A DNA stretch of 63,485 nucleotides, counting the filler, from Bigelowiella natans CCMP2755 (lineage: Eukaryota; Protista; Cercozoa): NCBI GenBank assembly GCA_000320545.1. It is 4 parts of 4 records of this genome, joined end to end, with 100 filler letters (N's around TTAATTAATTAA, not from the genome) between each part and the next. Parts side by side here need not be neighbours in the genome. Positions count along the whole stretch, not along the records: positions 12,735 to 39,403 come from ADNK01002457.1; 3 more parts are not named here. The stretch is one strand, 5' to 3'. Position 1 is the stretch's first letter. Each line of letters starts with the position of its first letter. Under the pieces are notes generated by a model. That model worked only from the letters and a program-made list of their open reading frames with translations. It was not told where the DNA came from and did no database searches. This document shows positions 12,635-27,456 of the stretch, one piece after another. Both the position numbers and the translations under genes were made by a program.

Positions 12635-12734
12635 NNNNNNNNNNNNNNNNNNNNNNNNNNNNNNNNNNNNNNNNNNNNTTAATTAATTAANNNNNNNNNN
12701 NNNNNNNNNNNNNNNNNNNNNNNNNNNNNNNNNN
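12635..12734. other. Scaffold gap with artificial TTAATTAATTAA spacer
   Basis: 100-bp N block with a six-frame stop linker; identical design at 39404 and 56599. Confidence 0.98.
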
Positions 12735-12765
<31 letters not shown>

Positions 12766-12814
12766 AATATATATACATATATATATATACACACACACAC
12801 ACCCCGCCCCCCCC

Positions 12815-12879
<65 letters not shown>

Positions 12880-12976
12880 TAGGTGGGTGGGGGGGCGGGA
12901 GCGCGCGCTCGCGCGCGCGCGTGCGCTCGTCCCCCCCCACACACACACACTGATATATCTTTCTAATATATACTCG

Positions 12977-13042
<66 letters not shown>

Positions 13043-13055
13043 TACGTTGTCGTCA

Positions 13056-13542
13056 GGACGGAACTGCATCCTTTTGCTGCCATTGTAATGAGTTTTGGAA
13101 GGTAATAACAGAAGATCTTGATTTTGTTCTCCTCCTGCTGCTTCTTCTTATTATTATCGCAACAAATGAATAAATACATCAAAATAATCATAATAATAAC
13201 AATACAAAGTGAAGAATAGGGCATGGAGGCACTGCATGCTTACCTCTATTCTTGTTCTTCTACTGTAATAATATCAGCTATTACCTATCCAAAAATATGA
13301 TGGATAACGTCGAGTGGCTCAAGGCACTAGCAGAAGGAAAGAATTGGTTCATTCAGTACATCTATCTTGTACTTGTGTGGACATTTGTTCGCATCATGAT
13401 TACAGGAGTTATTGAGGGTAGTAGAAATGATGATATAGCAGCAGTAGCCCAGGAAGAAGAAGAAGAAGTAGTAGTAGTAGTAGAACGTAGAAAGTGAAGA
13501 AGTAAATAAACTGCTGTTGATTGATGATACAGCATCTTCATT

Positions 13543-13576
<34 letters not shown>

Positions 13577-14502
13577 CGATTATAATCTGTAATATCGTTA
13601 TTGTAGATTTGATCGAGTTCCGTAGAATGCTACCCCCTCAAAGAGCTGCAGACCCCGACTCCTTGTTTGCTTCAGTTAAAGGCATAAATGTACACTATAA
13701 GCGTGAATCGAGTGACTTCGTGACTACGTCATCATCATCATCATCATCATCATCGGTGGTGGATACGGTGCTAGTGCATGGATTCGGGGCAAACACGGGG
13801 AGGTAGTAGTAGTAGTAGTAGTAGTAGTAGTAATAGTAGTAGTAATTGGATGAGATATGATCTATAGTCGCCGTCTATAAATTGTAGATTCATCGATCCG
13901 TGCTTCTCTTCTTCTCACTACCTGCCTCACTACAACTTCTACTACTAATAATAATAATGATAACATCCTAATAAGCTGGGAAAGCGTATTACCATGGGTA
14001 CCATATCGTATTGGTGGAGGTGCTGCCACTGCTCTGGATCTTCCTGGTTTTGGCCTCACGCAAAGGCCTCGTCATCTTGAGGTAGTATTTTATGTGAATT
14101 GATTCTCTCTCCTCCTCCTCCTCCTCCCATGATCGATGATATACTTATTTATTATGATGAACAGGCATACAAATTGAGTAATAGCGGTGATATCATCAAC
14201 GGATTGCTCGATCACTTAGATCAAAGAACTCCTATATCTCCTCAAATACCCAGAAAAACGGTATATTATATGGATCGATCTATTCATAACCATCTTCGTA
14301 ATGTATTAATAGTTTGTAGTATGAGAGGATGATGTTTTGTTGATGATTGATGATAATATACCTATCAGCTTTACGTCGGACATTCAATGGGGGCTCTTGC
14401 TGCCATCAACGCTGCAGTGCAACGTCCAGATCAAGTAGCAGGTATATATGTATTATTATCATGCATGGTGCCTTGTTTGTTGTGCTGCTGCAAGTGCCAT
14501 TA

Positions 14503-14543
<41 letters not shown>

Positions 14544-15342
14544 TCATGAGATGTCTGGGCATCTGATGATGATGATGATGATGATGATCACCACCACCAC
14601 CATAGGTTTGGTGCTTGTTGCTCCGGCTATAACCCCTCTCAAGGACGAAAAGACTCAAGAGAGACTACAAAAAAGACGCTTATCATCATCATCTAAAGGT
14701 GTTGTTATAGAGCATTTAAAACAACAAATGTCTAAGTAGTAATTGATGACTACTACTTTGTTGTGTTGCTGGTACTGTATATCATACTTCATATTATTAT
14801 AATTATTATTGTTAGCGTATGTTCTTCTTCCATGCCTCCCTCTCCTCCTCCTCCTTCTCCTCCTTTCTTCTGTTGTGCCTGATGCATACACATACATGCA
14901 CATGCACTCAGGGGGCAGCAGCGCCACCACCTCCTCTTCTATGGCTAAACGACGTGTTAGTTTTGTATGGAATGTGATGATGACAGCAAATAGAGTATAC
15001 TTCAAAGCAGGTAAACAACAACATTAGATGAATCATGATGATGAGCCCACCACTTACCACCATAACCAATATCGGCTCCATCTTTCTCTCAATAGATAGC
15101 TCATATAGTACCTTCATACTACTCTTATTCTTCTCACTCTCTGATAATCCATCTATATCTAAATTATTATATTATCCATACAAACAGCACTTGCGCTATT
15201 GGCCGACGTATTTGACATTTTCATCAAGCCGTTTTTAGCTTTTACTCTGAGGCGTTTGGTCCGAGATAGGTAGTAGTACGTAAGAACCAACAAACACTGA
15301 CTCTAGTAGTAGTAGTAGTAGTAGTAGTAGTACCAGTATTTA

Positions 15343-15399
<57 letters not shown>

Positions 15400-15810
15400 G
15401 TGTCATTCAGTGTGTTTGTACAGCAGAAATCAAAGTGGTGTATTTTATGAAAGATATGTTGAGTGTAATCAACAGTGCGGCAAGTTGTTGTTACGATGAT
15501 GTTTTACTTGGTTTATTTTGCACACTACATACAGAAAAGAGAGAGAGAGAGAGTACATTGTAGAAGTGGCAGCATTATTGATGGTTGATCATGGAGAACA
15601 TAATAATATATTATGAAGTTCTATGATGATGATGATGATGATGATGTAGGCCATTTTGGATTCGAGGCTTGAGCATGGCCTATCATGACCCCGAAAAGCT
15701 CACAAATGCTACCGTGTTTCAATACCAGTAATAACGATAAGATAGCACCTATCAAATGAGAAGAAGAACAATGGAATGAATAATAGAATGGAGAACAACA
15801 TCATCATCAT

Positions 15811-15855
<45 letters not shown>

Positions 15856-15857
15856 AC

Positions 15858-15891
<34 letters not shown>

Positions 15892-16050
15892 GGCGTCCAG
15901 TGTTAGTTCGTGATTGGGATCTTGGATTGCTTAACTTCGTAAGAGCGAGAGTAGCACCAGAAAGGTACGTACTAGCACATCATCATCATCCTCATCATCC
16001 TCCTCCTCCTCCTCATCATCATCATCATTATCATCATCTTTGCTACTGGG

Positions 16051-16083
<33 letters not shown>

Positions 16084-17168
16084 TTAAGATTTGTCAAGAC
16101 AGTTGTAGATGGCTTAAGAGTCATGGGGAAATCCTTCAAAAGGGAACAAGATCAACAAATCGATGTAAGAATAAGAATAATGGTGTGGTGGTCTAGTAAG
16201 AAACTACACATGATAATGATGATCACAGTAACAGTGATGGTGATGATGATGATAATTCCAACTTAACAAGATTATATTTATTATCATCATCATCATCATC
16301 ATCATCATCACCTTTTTCTTCAGATACTACGTAATGATACGTAGTTAAGTATTTGACGACGATGAGGATGATGTTTGAGTCTTGTTGTATGATAACTTAC
16401 TACTAATAATACTAATAATAATAACGAACCCACGTGTTGTATATGGTTGTTGTGCTTGTTGTTTGTTTCCTTCTACTGATGATTCATTTGTAGAGAGACG
16501 AAAATACAGCATTGGAAAAACTTAAGTATTTGTGTAATGAGAAGAATGTACCTCTCATGCTCATACATGGCAATGAAGGTACTAACTACTATTCAGCATT
16601 TATCACTTCTTGCTTCTTCTTCTTCTTCTTCTTGCATTTATTTCAAACGAATAAATGACCGACTAACGGATAACATCATATGAATAAAAAGTAGTAAGTA
16701 GCTATCAGCTGCTACTAAGCGGTCGATCGACCACCATATTATTCAAATATCATAATTGCGCTACTTTCTCTTATTATTATTATTCTCTCCCCACCATGGT
16801 AATACAACTACTACTACTACTACCACTACTACTACTACCTAATATTAATAGATAGGTTAGTTCCGATGGAAAATAGCAAGCAGATTGCAGAGAGAATTCC
16901 AACCGCAAAGCTTGTCCAATACGAGGTATTTCCTTCATATTATTATTTATGTCGATAATGAGGAAGGGGTTTATGTGTTTTTTTATTGTTGTTTCTGTTG
17001 TTTCACTGATACATTTATTAATGTGTTTTGTTAATGTTTGGTCTCTCTTTGTTGCTGCTTGTACTGAAGAATTGCGGTCATGTTCCCCACGAAGAAGTAC
17101 CTGCACAGTTTCTTGATAGCCTCGAAGCATTCAAGTCAGATATAATAACTCCGATTGACAATAAATAA
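13056..17168 (+). CDS. Alpha/beta hydrolase fold protein (5' end in gap), multi-exon
   Basis: Exons give VLVHGFGANTG, ALDLPGFGLTQRP, nucleophile elbow YVGHSMG (~14371-14391), GLVLVAPA, PLMLIHGNE|DRLVP and NCGHVPHEE: a complete Ser-Asp-His triad. Stop TAA at 17166-17168. Confidence 0.9.
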
Positions 17169-17282
17169 CCAGAAAATATATCATCATATAGACAAGCAAT
17201 ACGTCCGAAGATTGAATAAAGGCGAATGTAATTTAGTCATATGTTTTTCGCTAATGCTCTTTCATGGAAGTAGCATCTACTA

Positions 17283-17348
<66 letters not shown>

Positions 17349-18176
17349 ATCGTAGTCGCAGTCGCTACTAAGTGGATACAATTTGCCACTGTATGTTATG
17401 ACAATAAGCCTCCGCTATAAGTTGCAACTATAAGCTTGTACGAGGTAGCGCACAACTCATCTATCTATATCTTGATATCTGAAGCATGCCCTGTCTTGTT
17501 TTGCATTTACGTATACATGTTAGCATGTCTACGCGTATTGTCGGATCAGATAGACACGCTAGCACTGCTGTCTATTGCTTATATTATGCTGGCGTGGTCC
17601 TACGTGGAACTATTAGAGAACATATGCATAATAACTAGATTAAGTATCGTAACAACTGCCTTCAGCGACTTGACAAGCTAGCAAGTTTGACGCGCGCAGC
17701 GCTTCGACTGGGATTAATGTGTAGACCTGCCCATCGACCCACGCACTGCGAAGAGCAAGCAATAGAGTAGTGCGCTAAGCTGTGAAGCTGTATACACTTT
17801 GCAAGCCTATAAATGAGCTACTCTAGCTAGCTAGTCTAGTAGTGCTATACTACACCTGATGAGGATTTGTTTGATACAAACGGACCATTTCCAGCAGGAA
17901 AGCAAACTTTTGTTAGTTGCAGAGAGTGATTACACTCGTCTGGCACTGGGGCATGCATGCTCTTCATCCAACATTTAGCATGTGATGAATACGTGCACAG
18001 AGTGTACGCTTGACATATGGCGAGAGTCGTTTGCGATGAGTACATCTAGACATGGTATCGTTTACATGTATCATTGTCACCACCATCAATACATCAACTG
18101 AATAATACGACATTATAACATGTTGTGAATTGAAACATAATTTATTTGCTGTGTATTAACCACCAATTTACTTTTT

Positions 18177-19568
18177 TCAGCTTTGATTACGATTTTTGTT
18201 CATTTGTCGGAGAATTTGAATTCCTTTTGCAAAGGCCTCGTTGTCGTGTAGTCGTAGCCAGCGTTCCAATACCACACAATCCATTATCGCCGTCTTACAT
18301 AAATAAATGTTCACACATGTCATAAGCATGCAATGATGATTTCATACCCCCCCCCTTTAACAACAACAACAACAACAACAACAACAACCCACAAACACCA
18401 TCTCCTATTTCTACTACATATAAAATGTGAATCAGAGCAGAGGAGGACAAACAACACACAGTGTCATAATTATTACTACCTGCTCTTCCGATGGTTTTGT
18501 TCGAAAGAGTGTAGGATACAGCATAGCGTTGTGCTGCTGTTGATGCTGTATTTTCTGCTGCTGCTGCTGCTGCATCATCATCATTCGTACACGTAAACTT
18601 TCTCTCTGACGAAGTTCATCTTGATAGTAGCTAAAAGAGGTGATGAAGATTACCAACAAAGTAAAAACAGAGGAGGAGGAGGAGGAGGGGAAGAAGAAGA
18701 AGAGACCAACAAAGAAATGAAGAAAACACTTCTCATAGTGTAGTAGTTGTGATCCAATCGTCGTTATGATGACATATTATCATCATCATCATTATCATTA
18801 TCATGATGATCTAAGAGCACCACCTAGCAGGTTGATCGGTTGGAATTCCACGATGATCCAGCCATAACGTCAATACCGCAGTAGTACTATCATCTTCTCA
18901 GGAGGAATCAAGGAGAAGAAGAAGAATAACAATCGTATACACACACAATATCGCAAACATTCACGCACACACACACACATATATATGTAATGACTAGACT
19001 CTTATTGCATGCTCATGTAGTCGAGAATCACACCTGTGTGGCAAGGATTTGATAGCAGGTCTCTTCCTCCTCCTCTTCCTCCTCCACGTGCTCTCAGTAA
19101 CAGCAGCGTGAGATTAAATATGGGCTGATGATGTATAGTAATAATTACAATTACGCTGCTTGCTGTTGGTGAAAGCAGCTTACAACGCAAAGAAACCCGT
19201 AGGAGAACCTACCTGATGATGATTATGGCCTCTTCTTATCGTTCCACCTTCTCGATGCAGCATTCGTCTCCTCTTCCTCCTCCTCCTCTTACCTTGTTTA
19301 TTGCTGCTACTGGTGGTGGTGGTGGTGGTGGTAGGAGCAGTAGCAGAAGAAGTATCACTACCACTACTACCACTACTACTACCCATAGTAGCAGTCTTCT
19401 TGCCTACTACGTCTACTGCTTGTTTCAAGACCTCAATAGCCTCATCTATTCTCTGTTGTGAAACAAACAAACAATAATTAGCAGCAGAGAAGACAAACAA
19501 CCCAGCAGCATTCAGCTTCGTCAATACAAAGAACAATCAATACTTTGCATGCACAACATCATCATCAT

Positions 19569-19600
<32 letters not shown>

Positions 19601-19611
19601 TGACTGATATA

Positions 19612-19656
<45 letters not shown>

Positions 19657-21233
19657 AGTGTGATAGATTCTTAGGACAAACCCCCATCGTAACTAGTGCA
19701 AGGGACATATTATTCAGTGCCTCGATATGCTGCTGCTGCAGAACGATCCTTCTTCTTCTTCTTCTTCTTCTTCTTCTTCTTCTTCTCCTTCTTAATCTTG
19801 CCAATGGATTACTAGTAGCAGCATGATGTTCACTGCTATTGCCACCTCTACTGCAACTGCTGGTGCTGCTGTTAAGTGTGTTTTCCCTTCTTCTTTTTCT
19901 TCTTCTTTTGGATGCTGCTGCTGCTGCTGCTGCTGCTGAATTCTTATTGTTATTACTACTACTACTACTATTTCTACTATTGATAGCATCGATCCCCTGG
20001 TACAATCACACAAATACACACACCACACAAATATCAACACACATAATAATATATACATGCACGCTGTTGTTTAATTATTCTTGATTATTACGCTATTATT
20101 TCTAAGACGTCATCATCAGCAGCATCACGACTGCTTTTCTTCTTAATATTTATTTGTTGTTGTTGAATCATTCTCTCATTTTGTAGAGCCTACTATGTTC
20201 ATACATCTCTCACTCACAATCATCATTATCGTCATCATCATTATCTTCTTCTTCTACTCCTCCTCTTATTATCCTCAAGAAGGAGGATGATCTTATTAGT
20301 ATTTGTTGTTCTTGTTTTTGCTCTATATTATCACCTGTAGATTCGATTGGTTCTTCTTCTTCCTCTTCTTCTTCTTCTTCTTTTCATTATTATCGTTGTC
20401 GGCATTATTATCATCATCATAAGAGCTACTACTACCATTCTTCTTTGCGGTACTCGCACTACAAGTGCCACCACCCAGATCTCCCTCATCATCATCATCA
20501 TCATCACCACCATCATTATAATCCGCTATTTGAGTGATAATATTCTGGTAAGTTTTAATTGCACTTTGCGATTGATTTGTCCTTAACAAGCACTCCGCAA
20601 ATCTTAACTGCAGCATAATACTTCTGCTGCTAGTAGTAGTAGTAGTAGTAGCAGGTCCTTCTTCTCGGTCTACGGGGGGAAGGATGAGTGGTGATGAGTG
20701 TGATGATGATGATAATGATGATGATTACGATCATGATTTAATCTAGAAACATCTTAATATTGACCATCTGTCTGTCAGCAGCAACACCAACAGCAATATT
20801 CTCCTCGTTCCCCCCCCCTCCCCCTCTTGATGCATAGAGTAGAACATATAATAATACACATGTGTTTGTTGCTGTTCTTTTTGTAGTACCAGAAGTAGAT
20901 ATAAGAAAGCAGTGTCTGCAATGATCAACCCATTCCATAGCCGTCTTTACTTTTCCTCGTACAAGTAGCACGTCGATGTATTCATCCAGACTTCAGAAGA
21001 AGAAGAAGAAGAAGAAGAAGAAGAAACACAAGAAAAGCAAGAAATTGAAAATCTTCAAACGAATATTGAAGAAATAATCTCCATCTACGTTCTGTTGAAC
21101 TACACATATACTTATAGCAATCAAAATGATGCTCAATTACTAATAAAGAGTCGTTGGTAATCGTTGTCTATTATTGGTTTATGGAATTGATTGATTGGTA
21201 GATTGTTAATTCTGGTGGGAGGAGGAAGTAATA

Positions 21234-21277
<44 letters not shown>

Positions 21278-21436
21278 AAATTACATGATTCCATCGCTGC
21301 TGCTACTCTCTCTCTGATGATGCCTAGAAACACCATAATTCTGTGGTGCTACTACAACATCATCATCATCGTGATCTATCATAAGATGATTCAGTAGTAA
21401 GGAATATGCTCTTTCAGCTTTCTCAAAAGAACCTGG

Positions 21437-21486
<50 letters not shown>

Positions 21487-22902
21487 AGGGAAAGAAAGAA
21501 AACTTAGCTTTGATAAAACTGCTGCTGGTGTTGCTGGTGTTTCATTTGTAGTCTTTATGATAGCCAATCCCCCTGAGATTATTCCCGGTACAGTAGCAGC
21601 AGCAGCAGCAGCAGACACATAACCCTCGATCCGTCTATCCATCTATCCACGCACTACTTTCTAGTACTAGTACTAGTACTAGTAGTAGTAGTCGTTGTAC
21701 TGGTGATATCCTAATATATCCTACCTTGGCGGACATAAAGTGATGCTACCGCTCTGAGAGCTTTGAATCGAAGAAATGGCACCAACAAAGAAGAAGAAGA
21801 AGAAGAAGAAGATGGTGGTATGATCACACGATGTTGTTTCTCTCTCCTCCTTTCTTTTCCTCCCATCGTGGCAGGTATAATCTCACCCTTCTCGTTGTCT
21901 TCTTCCTTATCGAGTAGGCTGATTAGTGTTTCTAGTGTTGCTATTGATGATTTGAAGTTCTTCTGCCTTGCATATAAAATGGCACTGTTATAAAGAGCTC
22001 TTAAGCATGCTGGTGGTGGTAGCGATGATGATGCCGATGATGATGATGATGAAGTAGACGATATACTCCGTTTGACGTCATTAGTAGTAGCATTTGTGGA
22101 GCTATTGAGGATCATCATCTTATACTCGTCATTCTTGCTGCTGCCGCCGAGGGAGGGAGAGGAGGAAATCTTACCACCATCAAGGCCTACTAATAACTGC
22201 TGCTGTTGAGAGTCTATTATATCTCCTCCCCCCCCTACTACTACTCCTATCGATATTGCTTGTTGCAAATACTGAAGAGCCTTAAAGTGATGACCTTGAT
22301 TTGCCTAGTGTTGAAGGTATTGTGATAAACTTCAACGACGAAGGATCAATATCGAAAAGAAACATTGATTCAACAACAGGATCAGAAGGTATTGTGATAA
22401 ACTTCAACGACGAAGGATCAATATCGAAAAGAAACATTGATTCAACAACAGGATCAGCAAGGAGGAGGAGGAGTAGGAGAAGAAGAGGGTGCCCCGGTTC
22501 TTCTTCTTCTACTACTACTACTGCTGCTACTACTACTACTACTACTACTACTACTGCCTTAGCGATAGCCATCATGTTGAGAGAATCAGAAGGCCGAAAT
22601 CCTGACAGAATCACTCAATCAATCATCGAATCAAACAATGCTCACTGACGATCATGATGGTGATGATGATGATGATGAAATAGAAATTAGAAACAACAAC
22701 AACACATACGATGATCACAGTAGCGTCATCAAGATCATAAATTGTGGTGTACTGCTTGCTGCTGCGAGCTGATGGTACTCTATCATCATAATCATCATCA
22801 TCATCATCATCCTCACTTATTATCCAACAAGAAACACCTTGCGAAAGCGTATAGGAGAAATAATTGAAAGCACTTGATGAATCACTGTAGTTCTGCTGCC
22901 GC

Positions 22903-22934
<32 letters not shown>

Positions 22935-24154
22935 TGATCATGAAGGATGTAATCAACAACCATTGAACAAACAGTGTGGTATCATAATGATCCTTATCAT
23001 CATGCAACACATTACTGCTTATTACAATATAACTTATTACAACACCAATAATAGTACTACCTAATTGTGTTGTTGTGGTGGTGATAGTGGCTACTACTAT
23101 TAGAGGCTACTCATTGCGAGATTATGGCCAAGATGACGTTGATAATCGATGATGATGATAATGATGGAAGCGGTGAGTGTCATCTTTTTATTGTTATCCT
23201 TGTAATAGTCGTAGTAACAGTTGCTGCAGTAGTAGTATATAATACAGTGGTAGTAAGTGTATGTTCAGACGAAAATAGTTTATACTCTTACTGATATTAC
23301 GATATATCCCAGAAGAAAATTGTAGCTGCTGTCAGATGATGATGATGATGATGATGATGACTTTTGATCACTCGAGGAATGGTGATGATTATGAGGGAGA
23401 GGAAGATGATGATGATGATGGGTTAGCTCCTCTGTTCCACTACCAGCAGCAGCAGCAGCAGCATCACCTACTGATAGGATAGGTAGAAAGATAGCTAAGA
23501 AATACAGACTATTTCTACGATCTACTGTTACAAAGGAACCAGCGACAGAAGATTAAGAAAGAAAGTAATGTTATTTTTAACTAAAATACTAGTATTACAT
23601 ATTCTACGTTCTGCTATTACACATGTATCTGAAGAAAGCATTCGCATTGTAGATGCGCTCCTTTTCTTCCTCCAAACGATGATGATGATGATGATGATGC
23701 TCTTTATGATTGACCTCTGCATGAGTAGTAGTAGTAGTAGTAGTAGTGCTGTTGTGTAGAATCATCATGATTTCGTTCTTCATCATCATTAGCTTCTTAA
23801 GAAGCAAGCGATCATCATCTTGAGTCGTCTTCTCATCATCATCATCATCTTCTTCTTCTTCTTCTCGGTTGTCTTCCTCCTCGTCCTCCTCGTTATCCAT
23901 CTTTTTCTTCTTCCTCCCTTTCTTCTTCTTCTTCTTCTTAGAAGATGAAGGAGCAACGTGTAGCGCCTTTACTTCATACTTGTCCTCACCATTATCACCA
24001 TCATCGTCACTGCGCCTTTTCTTCTTGTTTCTAGATGATTTCCGGGGGGAAAGAGGAGTTCCAAGCACGGGATCTATGTGGTTGTTTTCCCCCTGGTTCT
24101 CCTCCTCCTCATTCTCACCTAGTTTATTGAGTGGAAGAGAGGGGGAAAACAAAC

Positions 24155-24188
<34 letters not shown>

Positions 24189-24250
24189 TGTGGCAAGAAC
24201 ATTATCATTTCTTTCATAGAAGCAATATCGTCCGTATTTCATCATTCACG

Positions 24251-24309
<59 letters not shown>

Positions 24310-25679
24310 TATCTGTGTGGTAATAAGCACCAGGTGATACTCACACAAAATTACAGCAGCGATGTACAATATATAAAGGACATTTGTTGGTAGTGAGTAT
24401 CCGTTGAAAGGAGAAGGAATATACATACCTTTTTTGCACTTTGTATCATCGTTGCTGCTGCATTTCACATTCATATCTTCCATTTCCTCCAAGTTTTTGT
24501 TTCCTTCATCGCTAATAGTTATTTTTCCTCTTGTAGTCGTATTCGTAGCAGCAGCTCCTCTTTTTAACAGTTGGTTCATTTCCGATTCAATGTGCTTCCT
24601 TTCATCATCTCCCAACAGAAATGAGGCGACCGCATGCATTAAGCGTATTCTTGGATCTATAATTTCCTTGCTGCTAACTACTAAGTGTGGAAGTTGTTCC
24701 TTACTATACTCTGCAGATTCAGTACCATAATGGCTAGAATAATTATCTCCCAGCGGTGATGACGCTATTAGCGAGGAGCTCATCATCCTGGCCCTGTGCC
24801 CCCCCCCCACTAATTTGGACTTAAAAGTACAAGCGACGTTAATAGCTTTGGTAACTGTATTGGCCAACTGGTAATAATCTTGCACCCTATCTTTGACTCC
24901 CAGGTAATCCTAGAATCATCAGAGGTATGTCTGCATGTGCGTATTTACGTGTGCTGCATATTTCTATTTGTATATCTACGATATTTACTCATCATTATCA
25001 AGGATTTTTTTATTCACAATTACGCAGCCAGAATCATTTTGCGAAATGCACAAGTGAGCATTATATTGTGGATACTAGTAATACCTTGCGATATACAAGC
25101 AGTACGTATATCAACGTATGCAATGCCTCAGTCAGGCACTTGTAATACCTTCCATTCGAAGATGAAGAAGGAGAAGAATGAAGGGAAAAAGTGAGATTTT
25201 TCGACTACTACTTCTATTACTGCAACGTACGTGGAAAAATGGAGATGGAATTTAACATGCGTGCGATGGAATGTTGATTGAACTTGGCATGCATATATCT
25301 TTCTAGAGTGTATTCATGCACATCTGTATATCGGAACTATGGTTATAGTTTCTAATGTACTACTACTGCTGCTACCACTACTTCTACTTTACTACTTGGC
25401 AACGACCAACCTTGCAATAGCAAGTGCTTGTGCCATGATAATGCTATCATTCGTACTAGTTCGTGACGCATTTTGCCTTCTCATATGTTGATGATGCTGG
25501 CGTAGCTGTTCTTTAAAGTCATCCATAGCTTGCTGAACTGCGATTGAAAGACGATTCGTCTTCTCAAACCCTATCACCGGTGACGATGGTATGGAGGAGA
25601 GACAAATTGCCTTCGCAAGTGCATTTGCACGTAAAACAGCTCGTTGCAGAGGTCCCTCCTCTTCCTCCTCCACCTCCAT
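18177..25679 (-). CDS. Large TPR-like helical-repeat protein with many low-complexity inserts, multi-exon
   Basis: TPR-like exons RALYNSAILYARQKNFKSSIATLETLI, LQLRFAECLLRTNQSQSAIKTYQNII, IEALNNMSLALVTMG|QRIDEAIEVLKQAV, IFNLTLLLLR; last exon TAIMDCVVLERWLRLHD...NQS*. The start codon and the assignment of all exons to a single gene are uncertain. Confidence 0.6.
22313..22456. repeat. Perfect 72-bp tandem duplication inside a probable exon
   Basis: gaaggtattgtgataaacttcaacgacgaaggatcaatatcgaaaagaaacattgattcaacaacaggatca x2; the minus strand reads DPVVESMFLFDIDPSSLKFITIPS x2. Confidence 0.95.
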
Positions 25680-27456
25680 GAGGATGCTCCTGGAACTAAT
25701 TAGGTGATATGGCGGCAATTAGTCTGGGGTAATCTAACCAATGATGTCACCAAAGCCTTGTCGTAGACATAATTCTACCTGGATTTTCTATTTTGTGCAG
25801 TATCTTGAAAACCATGTATGTTGTGGCTGGAGACAATGAAATTGAGTTCGTTTTCGAAAAACATGAGCTACTTGACAAAAGATAGGAGATTTCCTGTGTT
25901 GAGGAGGAGCTTTGATACGGATGGTACGATCATTAAAGAGTGTAATCTCGATAAGGTCGATGTCGTTTTCGGTATAGCGCCCTACGTTTATACGAATACG
26001 ACGCAGGAAACGGATCTGGAAGAATGGAACGCAAGTGCTAGATTCGGTATTGGTAATCAGCTCGGGATTTTTTGCCAATATTCGGATGACAGTTGTGAAA
26101 TAGAAGACAAATCGTTGGCATTTCATGGTTAAGACATCATCGCTAGGTTTCCTATTGAAGTAATCTTACCTGGGCACCTGGGCACAATGTGCGACCACTA
26201 AGGCCTTACTATGACGACCACTACTTCGTTATGTAAGGATTTACAATGGCTCTCATGGAAACCATCAAGTCCAGACTTAAGTACATGTATACTTTAAATA
26301 TGATTGAAAAGCGTTTTAGTCTATTTTCTTCACATCTCATTAATTCAGCTGTTGCGGAACAACAACGTTGATTCAAGTGTAGAAAGAGGTCATCACGGAC
26401 GTGACTACTAGGATTTTCAAAGCCTACAGTTTATCCAAAAAGAAGAGAGAAAAGGAGTTGCAGCAAGTGAGTCAGTTCATCAGGCAGCACCAAAGAGCAT
26501 AGCCCGGAGTCATTGAAGCATGAATTTGCCCTATCAAGGTTGAATTCATGTGCAGAGGGTGCGCGCGTCTCCGACTGTGGCAGCGTAGCAAGTGCGTATC
26601 GTCTAAATACCATGAACTACGTGTCTAGGTGTTCGGCAGAGAATGTTCTCGTTATTTCTTGACTTGCAGGATAGATATATAAGCACGGCACACGTCGCGA
26701 TATGAACAGTCCACACGCCACTGCAGCGACTTTAGCAGCAATCATTGACAAGTTTGTACTCCTAGAATTTGCGAAAAATCATTTAATTGAAAAATGTTCG
26801 GAATGCTAGTATGGTCGAGGTCGGTCGCTCAACGTGCTAGCATGATGTCGACGGCCCGCCGTGACTTTGTCACAAATTGAAGCTGCTCACTTAGTTTTCA
26901 GCTGTGAAGTGTTTTTGAGCGAATTCAAAGCTAAAGTGCGAGCTGCGGTGCAGTGTGCGTCACATAGTTGCTTCATCGATGTCTCGTGCCAAAAGTTAGC
27001 AGACGGTGTACATTCACATGTGCAAAGTACGCCTCTGTGATGAGCACATGTGCTGCACATGTAATCGTGGTCGTGCATGTTCACAATGTCCCTACATGCA
27101 GTGTTATCTGTTAAATAATTTCTGGAGCACGCATGGTAATAATTAATAATGTGTGGCAATGTGGAAAGATGGCGACATTGACGCCGACACAAATTTTCCA
27201 TCCTAGAACAACTTGAAGTTTTCATTGCTGCTTGTCCGCCCATTGAACCCACTCTCATTGTTTTGAGTGGAGGGCTAGCAACTCATCAGTCACATCCATT
27301 TACGTAGCTTTATTCGTTACCGACGAAGCTGGAATATGGTAGTATCATATGGCGTATGAATGATGGGGTGATATCAGCAAGAATATCCTAAATAATCGAA
27401 ATCAACTGAAGTGAAATACATGGTATGAAGGCCCTCAAGGTCTGGCTATATGTGTA

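Noticed and set aside
12679-12690. TTAATTAATTAA palindrome within N runs (also ~39448 and ~56643)
   Set aside because: Artificial six-frame stop spacer inserted by the scaffolding pipeline.
25788-26132. Opposing ~105-112-aa ORFs upstream of the TPR gene
   Set aside because: No recognisable motif and no consistent splice model; they could be a small gene fragment but I cannot support it.
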